The notes under the pieces are model-generated. The model made no database searches. It saw only the letters and a list, made by a program, of their open reading frames with translations, and was not told where the DNA came from. A stretch of DNA of 64,000 nt, from positions 130,200,001 to 130,264,000 of the forward strand of contig NC_042997.1 of the NCBI RefSeq assembly GCF_006345805.1, given 5' to 3'. Positions 13,015 through 25,000 of the stretch are shown here, piece after piece (within the stretch, counting starts at the first letter, position 1; each line of letters begins with the position of its first letter). This stretch comes from Octopus sinensis (lineage: Eukaryota). The position numbers were made by a program, and so were the translations under genes.

Positions 13015-13610
13015 ATATATCATATATATATCATACACACACACACACACACACATATGTATATATATATATGTTTTTTTCTGCTATTTTGTTCTAATGA
13101 CATGAAAGATGTAAGTGTTTAAATGGCTATTTCATAATGTAATGAGCTATATAATCTTGTTATATGATTCATAATGAAGAGTGAATGTGTTTAATAAAGT
13201 AGTTGGTGTGTTTAATTGTTGACTGAGAATTTACTTTTGCCTTGACAATTTTTTTCCAAAAAATTAGATAAAATAATTCCTGTTTGATATCTATATTTTA
13301 TCAGCTAAACCATCATCATCGTTTAACATCCACCTTCCATGCTGGTATGGGTGATGTCTCTATTTGATTCAATTGCCGCTACATAATTTGTCTTTAAATT
13401 GTTCCTTGTTACATTAAATTTGGTTGATTCCGATTTATTATTTAAATTGTATTTGGTCAAGTATTCCAAATTTCTAGAAATATTATGTTAAAGCATAATG
13501 TTGCTAGAAATTTTTATGAACTTGTCTAGAAGTTATTTGTAAACAGGTAAAAGTTTGTATGCATGTGCATTGTTTAAAATTATTCATCTTTCATTCCTGT
13601 TTATGTGAAG

Positions 13611-13725
13611 CCATCAATTTAAGACGTTCAAACAGTTGGTCAGATTCTTATGAAGGGTTCAGATTTACGGAAAGTGGTAAAGATCAAAAGGAATCTGAAA
13701 CAGAACAACATTCAAAAAACTGTTG
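13611..13725 (+). CDS. WDR59: WDR59 coding exon, 115 nt, phase 1-2
   Basis: Acceptor ttcattcctgtttatgtgaag| and donor TG|gtaagt. Encodes (A)INLRRSNSWSDSYEGFRFTESGKDQKESETEQHSKNC. TG plus the C of the next exon gives Cys, producing EQHSKNCCLLDP, which aligns with my recollection of human WDR59 DQHDKNKRLLDP. Confidence 0.85.
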
Positions 13726-16074
13726 GTAAGTTTTTAAAGACGTTTATTATCTTTATTATTTACAGTGTCTTGATTTGTGTTTTACTAAGCATTTTCTGGG
13801 AAATCCAGTAAATATCTTCTTCTCCTCCTCCTCCTCCCTCCTCCTCTGCCTCCTCTCCCTCCTCTCCGCCTCCAGTAATCAAATTATTCTGTCAAATGCA
13901 ATGCTTATTTATTCACATTATTTTGAATTAATCACCTATTATCTTGTAGCTTCGAGATTTTGATGATGTGTGTATTTTAAAAATGATATTGTAGGATAGG
14001 TGTGAGAAGCTGGATTTGGTCAGTAGGTAGAATAGGTGGGACTATGTTCTACCTATTTCATGGCCAGTTTAAATACCTAAGGGTTAATGGTCATTTTGCA
14101 TGCTGGCAAGAGAGATTGTTTGATCCAGTACTGTATGGAATTCCAAGCTCAATTTTATCAACCACTTAACTGTGTATTGGGTGCATTTTATATGGCCCCT
14201 GGACAAGTGCTTTTCATGTAGCACCAGCACAAGTGCTTTTTACATGACACTGCCACAAAACCTTTTTACGTGACACCACCACAGGCCCTTTTTATGTGGC
14301 ACCATGCAAGACAACCCCCCACTCACCAGCTGAAAGAAGGAGTCCACAGTTTTACTTAAAGGGTTAATATAACATTACTAAGCACGACAAATGGATGTAC
14401 TAAAAGAAAAAGTTTCCAGTACCCCTGCTTTAATGTCATAAACTCTTCGTCAATATTACATTGCTAACACTGACAATAGACAAACTTGCATTGTTCAAAC
14501 GTTTACCAACATCATTCAATGCTATAGGTGTGACTATAACATCACAGGATATGCTGCCCCAAGATTTTGAAACTTGATCATTGAGTAGTCTCTATTTTAA
14601 TGATGGGTGGGAATTGATTGCACTAGTTCTGATTGTGTCTTGCACTGTGTAAATAGGTGTGGTTTATATAAGAAAGGATATCGGTTTGATTAGTAACACT
14701 AGCTTTCCACTAATTTCTTTATATGTTATATCTGACTATATTGCTCATGATAGCCTTGTGTTCATGTTATAAACAACCTGAATTATATACTCATAGTCTA
14801 TTTCTCCCACTCCACTGTATATATGTGGATTCTTATGTAAATAAAATTACAGTTGCATCATTCTACACATGATTTCATCATTCTACACATGCTCTAATTC
14901 TAACCATGTAATTACACATTTTTGTGTGTGTATGTATGAATATATGTGTGTGTGTATTTGTGTATATATATATATATATATATATCCTATACACATATTT
15001 GTGTGTTTGTATATATGTGTGTGTATGTATATGAATGTATAGATATGTGTGTGTGGTGGGGTATATGTATCATCATCAATCATTCTCGTTTAACGTCTGC
15101 TTTCCATGCTGGCATGGGTTGGATAGTTTGACTGAGGACTGGCAAACCAGAGATTGCACCAGGCTCCGATCTGCTTTTTCTGCAGATCAAGCAGGGCTGT
15201 TTACCTGAAGGGTTTTGTGATCTGTCTGCCTTTCTATTTATTACGACTTTGGTTTTTACTAGGTTGACTCTAAGGCCGTTCGATTCTAAACCCTGCTTCC
15301 ACACTCTGCCAAAGCAGACAAATGGAGCCTGGTGCAGCTCTCCAGTTTCCCAGCTCCTGTCTAACCATCCAACCCATGCCAGCATGGAAAATTAATGTAA
15401 GACAATCATGATAATGTTGATATCATAAAATGGTTGGACACTGTAAAATAGACAATAGTGGATACCATTTTATGGATGGCTCAAAACAGACAATGTATAA
15501 TTTGCTATTAATCATACCTGGAAGGATAACACACTAACAAAGCCATTTAAATGTCAGATTGAATGTTTAGCACAATCTGTTCTGATTCTCTGTGTCCTGA
15601 TATCAAATCTCACTGAGTTCAAGTTTGCTTTTCATCCTTTTGGGGTTGATACATCATCATCATCATCATTTAACATGGGTTTTATAGTTTGACAGGAGCT
15701 GGTAAAGGTGGGGTTTGCACTAGGCTCCACTGACCATCCTGGCATGGTTTCTATGGCTAAATGCCCTTCCAAACACTAACCACTTTACTGAGTGTACTGA
15801 GTGCTTTATATGTGGAACCATCACAAGTACTTTTTATGTGGCACCAGCACAAGTGCTTTTTATGTGGCACCAGCATTGGTGGTTTTTATGTGGCATCAGT
15901 ACGAATGCATTTTATGTGCTATCATCACTGGCACATTTTATGTGACACCATTACCATTGCTTTTTGCATGGCACCAGCACTAGTGCCTTTTATGTCATAT
16001 CATGACACAAATGTAACAATCTAGGTTGATAGCTTGGCAGAATTGTAGAAATGTTGCATCAGATGCCTAAATTT

Positions 16075-16295
16075 AATGAAAGTTACGGAGAGGATCATAG
16101 CCTAACTAATTCGGGAGAGAGTTAGCCTAGATGAGATACAGTTTGTGTTTATGCCAGAGAGAAGCACCACTAATGCTATATTTCTGGTAAGGCAACTGCA
16201 AGAGAAATACCTAGCCAAAGAAAAACCTCTGTACTTGGCTTTTGTTGACTTGGAGAAAGCCTTTGACAGAGTTCACTGATCTCTTATCTCGTCGT
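16075..16295 (+). mobile_element. RTE RT internal fragment (duplicated at about 18370-18590)
   Basis: Encodes KVTERIIA*LIRERVSLDEIQFVFMPERSTTNAIFLVRQLQEKYLAKEKPLYLAFVDLEKAFDRV, homologous to the 22051 ORF. Confidence 0.85.
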
Positions 16296-16921
16296 CAATG
16301 GATATATGAGGCAATTAAAAGCAAGAGGAAATTCTTAGCTTAGCTCTACATATTTTCAAGTGTCATCAAACAGCCAAACACACACACATGTATACACACA
16401 TATATTTCTATCATCATCATCATTTAATGTCCGTTTTCCATGCTGGCATAGTTTGGACAGTTTGACTAAAAACTAGTAAGCTGGGGCGCTGTGTGTGTGT
16501 GTATGTGTATATATATATGTGTGTGTGTATATATATATATATGTGTGTGTATATGTATATATACCTATATATGTATGTTGATATATATATATATATATAC
16601 ACATGTGTGTGTGTGTGTCGGTGTACAGTTATGTATGTATTGTATGTATAAATGCATCACCAGTAACAGCAGCATTTAACATCTGTTTTCCGTGTTGATG
16701 TGGGTTGTACAGTTTGACAGGAGTTGTTCAACCCAGGCATCGTACTAGGCTCCATTGTCTGTTTTGGCATGGTTTCTATGGCTAGATGCCCTTCCTAACG
16801 CCATCCACTTCACAGAGTGTACAGGGTCTTTCTTACATGGCACCAACACAAGTTCCTGGGCTGAAAAATGCCTTGCGGTTGAATTTGATTGATGGAAATT
16901 ATATGGAAGCTCATTATGTAT

Positions 16922-17290
16922 TCGTATCTGAGCACCTTTTCAAACTCCACCTGTCTAACACCCGTGGACATGTTTACAAAGTCAGAAAACAGCACAGCTC
17001 CCATGACTTTCAGAAACATTTTTTCATGCTAAGAGTTGCTAAAGTATGGAACAAACTGCCGGCATCAGTTGTTAGTTGTCGGAGCACTGCATCCTTCGAA
17101 ACTTCCATGCTTCCCGAGATTTGCGAACACTACACCTGATTTTCTCCCCTCTATACACACGCAAGCATCTATCTGACTCATACACTGTTCACTTCCCAGA
17201 CATTTGTACATTACTGCAAATGCTTTATATGCACTTTTGACAAGTTGTGGTGCACTTGAGCTCTGTATACAATTTCATTATTATTATATA
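16922..17290 (+). mobile_element. 5'-truncated 3' end of CR1/L2-group LINE (duplicate with internal deletion at 19357-19532)
   Basis: Encodes HLFKLHLSNTRGHVYKVRKQHSSHDFQKHFFMLRVAKVWNKLP, matching the C-terminus of the 47951 ORF. Ends in an (ATT)n tail. Confidence 0.85.
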
Positions 17291-18803
17291 TGTGTCTTTG
17301 TGTATGTGTTTGTTGCTCCCATCACTTGACAACCAGTGTTGGTTTATTTACATCCCCATAACTTAGTAGTTCAGCATAAGAGACCAATGAAATATATATC
17401 TAACTTAAAAAGTAAATACTGGGCTTGATTTGTTTGACTAAGATGGTGCCACAGCATACTGAAGCCCAATGATTGAGTCAAATAAAAGATAACAGATATG
17501 AAACAGTTATCTCTTCCATTTACAGGAACCCTTTGTCCAATATCTGTTTAGTGCTAACCTTTATTTCAGTTTAAGTTACCAACCACACTAGGCCTCTAGG
17601 TTGGCATTGATACATTTTTGGCACTTAGGTGGATTTTGACTCAGAATTTAGAGAGCCATGACATTTACCACAAGGCATCTAATCCAACATTTCTACAATT
17701 CTGCCAAGCCATCAACCTAGATAGTTACATTTGTTTCATGATGCGACATAAAAGGCACTAATGTTGGTGCCATGCAAAAAGCAATGGTAATGGTGTCACA
17801 TAAAAAGTGCCAGTGATGATAGGACATAAAATGCACTTGTACTGATGCCACATAAAAACCACCAATGCTGGTGCCACATAAAAAGCACTTGTGATGGTTC
17901 CACATATAAAGCACTCAGTACACTCAGTAAAGTGGTTGGTGTTTGGGAGGGCATTTAGCCATAGAAACCATGCCAGGATGGTTTGACAGGAGCTGAGAAA
18001 CTGGAGAGATACACCAGGCTCCATTTGTCTGCTTTGGCATGGTGTCTATGACTGGATGCCCTTCCTAATACCAACCTTTAACAGTGTTTTGGGTGTATTT
18101 TATATGGCCCCTGGACAAATGCTTTTCATGTGGCACCAACACATGTGCTTTTTACGTGGCACCAGCATTGGTGGTTTTCATGTGGCATCAGGACTAGTGC
18201 ATTTTATGTGCTATCATCACTGGCACTTTTTATGTGACACCATTACCATTGCTTTTTGCATGGCACCAGCACCAGTGTCTTTTATGTCATATCATGACAC
18301 AAATGTAACAATCTAGGTTGATGGCTTGGCAGAATTGTAGAAATGTTGCATCAGATGCCTAAATTTAATGAAAGTTACAGAGAGGATCATAGCCTAACTA
18401 ATTCAGGAGAGAGTTAGCCTAGATGAGATACAGTTTGTGTTTATGCCAGAGAGAAGCACCACTGATGCTATATTTCTGGTAAGGCAACTGCAAGAGAAAT
18501 ACCTAGCCAAAGATAAACCTCTGTACTTGGCTTTTGTTGACTTGGAGAAAGCCTTTGACAGAGTTCACTGATCTCTTATCTCGTCGTCAATGGATATATG
18601 AGGCAATTAAAAGCAAGGGGAAATTCTTAGCTTAGCTCTACATATTTTCAAGTGTCATCAAACAGCCAAACACACACATGTATACACACATGTATACACA
18701 CATATATTTCTATCATCATCATCATTTAATGTCCGTTTTCCATGCTGGCATAGTTTGGACAGTTTGACTGAAAACTAGTAAGCTGGGGCGCTGTGTGTAT
18801 GTG

Positions 18804-18841
<38 letters not shown>

Positions 18842-18905
18842 TGTGTGTATGTATATATATATATGTGTGTGTGTATATACATATATATGTATGTTGATAT
18901 ATATA

Positions 18906-18936
<31 letters not shown>

Positions 18937-18997
18937 CATATATGTGTGTATGTATATATATATATGTGTGTGTGTATATACATATATATGTATGTTG

Positions 18998-19032
<35 letters not shown>

Positions 19033-21270
19033 CACGTGTGTGTGTGTGTGTGTCGGTGTACAGTTATGTATGTTTTGTATGTATAAATGCATCACCAGTA
19101 ACAGCAGCATTTAACATCTGTTTTCCGTGTTGATATGGGTTGTACAGTTTGACAGGAGTTGTTCAACCCAGGTGCCATACTAGGCTCCATTGTGTTTTTT
19201 GGCATGGTTTCTATGGCTAGATGCCCTTCCTAACGCCATCCACTTCACAGAGTGTACTGGGTCTTTCTTACATGGCACCAACACAAGTTCCTGGGCTGAA
19301 AAATGCCTTGCGGTTGAATTTGATTGATGGAAATTATATGGAAGCTCATTATGTATTCGTATCTGAGCACCTTTTCAAACTCCACCTGTCTAACACCCGT
19401 GGACATGTTTACAAAGTCAGAAAACAGCACAGCTCCCATGACTTTCAGAAACATTTTTTCATGCTAAGAGTATGCACTTTTGACAAGTTCTGGTGCACTT
19501 GAGCTCTGTATACAATTTCATTATTATTATATATGTGTCTTTGTGTATGTGTTTGTTGCTCCCATCACTTGACAACCAGTGTTGGTTTATTTACATCCCC
19601 CATAACTTAGCAGTTCAGCATAAGAGACCAATAAAATAAATACCAAACTTAAAAAGTAAATACTGGGCTTGATCTGTTTGACTAAGATGGTGCCACAGTA
19701 TAGCTGAAGCCCAATAATTGAGTCAAATAAAAGATAACAGTTATCTCTTCCATTTACAGGAACCCTTTGTCCAATATCTGTTTAGTGCTAACCTTTATTT
19801 CAGTTTACGTTACCAACCACACTAGGCCTCTAGGTTAGCATTGGCACATTTTTGGCACTTAGGTGGATTTTGACTCAGAATTTAGAGAGCCATGACATTT
19901 ACCACAAGGCATCTGATGCAACATGTGACACCATTACCATTGCTTTTTGCATGGCACCAACATTAGTGCCTTTTATGTCGCATCATGACACAAATGTAAC
20001 TATCTAGGTTGATGGCTTGGCAGAATTGTAGAAACATATAAAGTCATAGATAACATATAAAGAAATTAGTGGAAGGCTTTGCATTGTTCAGACTTTACAG
20101 GCATCATTCAATGCTATAGGTGTGGTTATAACATCACAGGATATGCTGCCCCAAGATTTTGAAACTTGATCATGGGTGGGAAATGATTGCACTGTGTCTT
20201 GCACTGTGTAAATAGGTGTGGTTTATATAAGTTTGACTAATAACACTAGCCTTCCACTAATTTCTTTATATGTTATCTATGACTTTATATGTTTCTACAA
20301 TTCTGCCAAGCCATCAACCTAGATAGTTACATTTGTGTCATGATATGACATAAAAGGCACTAATGTTGGTGCCATGCAAAAAGCAATGGTAATGGTGTCA
20401 CATAAAAAGTGCCAGTGATGATAGGACATAAAAACCACCAATGCTGGTGCCACATAAAAAGCACTTGTGATGGTTCCACATATAAAGCACTCAGTACACT
20501 CAGTAAAGTGGTTGGTGTTTGGGAGGGCATTTAGCCATAGAAACCATGCCAGGATGGTTTGACAGGAGCTGAGAAACTGGAGAGATACACCAGGCTCCAT
20601 TTGTCTGCTTTGGCATGGTGTCTATGACTGGATGCCCTTCCTAATACCAACCACTTAACAGTGTATTGGGTACATTTTATATGGTCCCTGGACAAATGCT
20701 TTTCATGTGGCACCAACACAAGTGCTTTTTACATGACACTACCACAAGACCTTTTTACGTGACACCACCACAAAACCTTTTTATGTGGCACCAGTCATGT
20801 CACTATATAACATGCAAGACAACCCCCCCCACTCACAAGCTGAAAGAAGGAGACCACAGTTTTACTTAAAGGGTTAAAATAACATTACTAAGCATGACAA
20901 ATGGATGTACTAAAAGAAAAAGTTTCCAGTACCCCTGCTCAAGTGTCATAAACTCTTCGTCAATATTACATTGCTAACACTGACAATAGACAAATTTGCA
21001 TTGTTCAAACGTTTACCAACATCATTCAATGCTATAGGTGTGACTATAACATCACAGGATATGCTGCCCCAAGATTTTGAATCTTGATCATTGAGTAGTC
21101 TCTATTTTAATGATGGGTGGGAATTGATTGCACTAGTTCTGATTGTGTCTTGCACTGTGTAAATAGGTGTGGTTTATATAAGAGAGTATATTGGTTTGAC
21201 TAGTAACACTAGCCTTCCACTAATTTCTTTATATGTTATCTATGACTATATCATATAAAATATTTTAACT

Positions 21271-21826
21271 GCCGACACGTAAAAGCACCATCCGCTCGTG
21301 TTCATTGCCAGCCTCGGCTGGCCCCCATGCCGGTGACACGTAAAAGCACCATCCGTCCGTGTTCGTTGCCAGCCTCGGCTGGCCCCCGTGCCGGTGACAC
21401 GTAAAAGCACCGTTCGTTCGTGGCCGTTTGCCAGCTCTGTCTGGCCCCGTGTCGGTGACACGTAAAAGCACCATCCGCTCGTGTTCGTTGCCAGCCCCGG
21501 CTGGCCCCCGTGCCGGTGACACGTAAAAGCACCATCCGCTCGTGTTCGTTGAAAGCCCCGGCTGGCCCCCGTGCCGGTGACACGTAAAAGCACCGTCTGT
21601 TCGTGGCCGTTTGCCAGCTCTGTCTGGCACCTGTGCAGGTGGCACATAAAAAACACCCACTACACTCGCGGAGTGGTTGGCATTAGGAAGGGCATCCAGC
21701 CGTAGAAACACTGCCAAATCTGACTGGGCCTGATGAAGCCGTCCGGCTTCACAGACCCCAGTTAAACCGTCCAACCCATGCTAGCATGGAAAGCGGACGC
21801 TAAATGATGATGATGATGATGATGAT
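21271..21826 (+). mobile_element. 5'-truncated RTE 3' UTR carrying a 61-bp tandem array and (GAT)n tail
   Basis: GACACGTAAAAGCACC recurs at 21274, 21335, 21396, 21457, 21518 and 21579. It is followed by the family terminal segment (CACCCACTACACTC...CATGCTAGCATGGAAAGCGGACG) and (GAT)n. Confidence 0.9.
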
Positions 21827-22023
21827 TCAGGTTATCATAAGCAACATGAATGGGGATGCCACATACTGCAGCCATTGTACTCATAGTCTATTTATCCTAT
21901 CCCATTTCCCATTGTGTATATGTTGATTCTTATGTAAATAAAATTAGTTGCATCATTCTACAGCTCATTGTTTATAAAAATGCTCTAATTCTGTCTAATC
22001 ATGCATGTGTGTGATGATACATA

Positions 22024-25000
22024 TATGACACCCTACTGCAGACCACCTCATTGACGAACGACAGGGACCTTCTCTTTGTGGCTGGTGATTTCAATGGGCA
22101 TGTTGGACGACATGCTGGGGGCTTCCATGGCGTACATGGAGGCTACGGTTATGGTTCCCGCAACGAGGAGGGAACCAGGCTGCTGGAGTTCTGCGACGCG
22201 AATAGTCTTATGGTCTGCAACACTAACTTCAGGAAACCAACAAGCCACCTGGTCACCTACCGATCGGGCTGGCATACTAGCCAAATCGACTACATCCTTG
22301 CCAGAAAAAGGGAAAGATGGCTGCTTATAAATGCCAAAACCTTCCCAGGCGAAGAATGCACCCCACAACATAGACTGGTAGTTAGTGACTTTAGGATCAG
22401 GAATAAGAGGGCAACTAGAAGACGACCAACATGGAGAAGAAGGGTCTGGAAGCTTAAAGACCCTGCGAATGGACAGAGATTTAGAGACATGTTACTTGAA
22501 GCCTTTGACGAAATGGAAGGGGGTATAGCTATGCATGGGGTAGAAGACAACTGGACGCTTCTGAGGGACAACCTGCTGAAAGCCACTGACCAGATCTGTG
22601 GCTGGTGCAAAGTCCCTTTAAGACCCAAAATAACGTGGTGGTGGAACAATATTGTTGACTGGGCTATTAGACAAAAGAAACAAGCTTGGAAGGCTTGGAA
22701 GAACGGGGGTAGCAGGGAAGTGTATCAGACTGCCAGAAGGGAAGCTAGGAGACAGGTCTATCTAGCCAGAGGGGAAGCAGATAAGAGAAAATTTGCCAAT
22801 GTCCTGCGCCGTGAGGATGAAAGACTTGAGGTATTTCGTGTTGCAAGACAGTGTGTGAGAGAGAATCGTGATGTGGTAGGAGAGAAATGTGTTCGCAAGG
22901 ATGACGGTTCACTTGCGCTAAATGAGGATGCAAAGAGAGAGGCTTGGAGACGCCACTATGAAAGGTTGCTGAATGAGGAAAATGAATGGGATAAAGAGAG
23001 TCTGCCGAATGTTGACCCAACAGATGGACCAGCTATCCGAGTTGATAGTTCCGTGGTAGCTAAGGCAATTAGAAGCATGAAGACAGGGAAAGCCCCAGGC
23101 CCATCAGGAATTACTGCAGAGATGCTCAAAATATCTGGTAGTGTCGGCTATAGCATAGTCACCCGTATAGTTAACCAGGTGATACACGAAGGAGTCATAC
23201 CCAATGACTGGTGTAGCAGCATAATAGTCAACTGCTACAAAGGTAAAGGTGACGCCCTAGATACAAATAATTACAGAGGTATCAAGTTGTTGGATCAGGT
23301 AATGAAGGTTACGGAGAGGGTTATAGCCCAATTAATTAGAGAGAGAGTTAGCTTAGATGATATGCAGTTTGGGTTCGTGCCAGGGAAAAGTACTACTGAT
23401 GCTATATTCCTGGTAAGACAGCTGCAGGAGAAATACCTAGCCAAAGGTAAGCCCTTGTACCTGGCTTTTGTTGATTTGGAGAAAGCCTTTGACAGGGTCC
23501 CCCGATCCCTTATCTGGTGGTCAATGAGGAAACTAGGGATAGATGAATGGTTAGTGAGAGCTGTGCGAGCCATGTACAGAGACGCTGCTAGTAAGGTGAG
23601 GGTAGGCAACGAGTACAGTGAAGAATTCCGGGTAGAGGTTGGGGTCCACCAAGGTTCAGTCCTCAGCCCCCTCCTATTTATCATAGTCCTCCAGGCAATA
23701 ACGGAAGAATTCAAGACAGGATGCCCCTGGGAGCTCCTCTATGCTGATGACCTTGCTCTAATCGCTGAGTCACTATCAGAACTGGAGAAGAAGTTTCAGG
23801 TGTGGAAACAAGGATTAGAATTGAAGGGCCTTAGAATCAACCTAGCCAAAACCAAAGTCCTAATAAGTAGGAAGGTGGACCAACCACAAACGACTTCAGG
23901 TAGATGGCCCTGCTCGATCTGTAAAAAAGGTGTAGGTAGAAACTCTATAAGGTGCACCAAGTGTAAGCTATGGACACATAAGAGGTGCAGCAATGTCAAA
24001 GGTAGGCTAACTGGGAAGATAGTTTTCGTATGTGGCAGATGCTCAGGAGAAATAAACTCTGGAAACGTGCAGAGACCAACTTCTACCACGTTCCAGGGAG
24101 ACAAACTAGAAGTAGTTGATAGCTTCCGCTACCTAGGAGACCAAGTCAGTAGCGGGGGTGGGTGTGCTGAAAGTGTAACTGCTAGAGTAAGAATAGCCTG
24201 GGCAAAGTTTAGAGAGCTCTTACCCCTGCTGGTGACAAAAGGCCTCTCGCTCAGAGTAAAAGGCAGACTGTATGATGCATGTGTACGTACAGCCATGCTA
24301 CATGGTAGTGAAACATGGGCCGTGACTGCTGAGGATATTCGTAAGCTCGCAAGAAATGAAGCCAGTATGCTCCGATGGATGTGTAATGTCAGTGTTCATA
24401 ATCGTCAGAGTGTAAGTACCTTGAGAGAAAAGTTGGACCTAAGAAGCATCAGTTGTGGTGTGCAAGAGAGACGGCTGCGCTGGTATGGTCATATGACGAG
24501 AATGGCTGAAGATAGTTGTGTGCAAAAGTGCTACACCCTAGCAGTTGAGGGAACCTGTGGAAGAGGTAGACCCAGGAAAACCTGGGACGAAGTGGTGAAG
24601 CACGACCTTCGAACTTTAGGTCTCACCAAGGAAATGACTAGAGACCGAGACCTATGGAAGTATGCTGTGCGTGAGAAGACCCGGCAAGACTAGTCAGGCC
24701 ATAACCCGTGGCCCCTACCTGGGACGTAGTCAGTCCACCTGTGCATACCTTCTTTCTTGTGACACTTGTGAAGACCTGTTGAGGCAAGTGAAAATCAAAT
24801 CAAAAAATCAAACAAAATCAAAATAGATGAACATCAATGGAATTTGTATCTTTGTGGTACCAGTGCCGGTGGCACACGAGAAAACCATCCGAACGTGGCC
24901 GTAGCCAGTGCCGCACCGACTGGCCTCCATGCTGTGGGCACGTAACAATCACCATCAGATCATGGCCGATCGCCAGCCTCATCTGGCTCCTGTGTCGGTG

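Larger units (their letters stand above)
14160..22000. repeat. Mosaic of local direct and inverted duplications
   Basis: 14160-14905 matches 20650-22000, interrupted by an RTE tail. 15860-17690 matches 18165-19925. 17689-17990 and 20292-20560 are inverted copies of 15740-16050. 19925-20035 is the reverse complement of 17689-17800. Confidence 0.85.

Noticed and set aside
13624-13725. Alternative acceptor (tttaag) with another open frame, DVQTVGQILMKGSDLRKVV
   Set aside because: It ends in phase 1, whereas the next WDR59 exon needs phase 2. The 13611 frame gives the WDR59-like peptide.
21271-21645. CRISPR-like look of the 61-bp array (constant GGTGACACGTAAAAGCACC with variable intervening sequence)
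   Set aside because: The intervening parts are homologous variants of each other rather than unique spacers. The array is part of an RTE 3' UTR in a eukaryotic intron, and there are no cas genes.
21729-21756. CTGATGA followed by a hairpin, resembling a hammerhead core
   Set aside because: No GAAA follows the stem (TCACAG instead), and other copies read CTGGTGCA. It is simply the RTE terminal stem-loop.
22290-24104. Minus-strand ORFs overlapping the RTE ORF, and similar antisense ORFs over the CR1 and PLE elements
   Set aside because: They are antisense shadows of transposon coding sequence.
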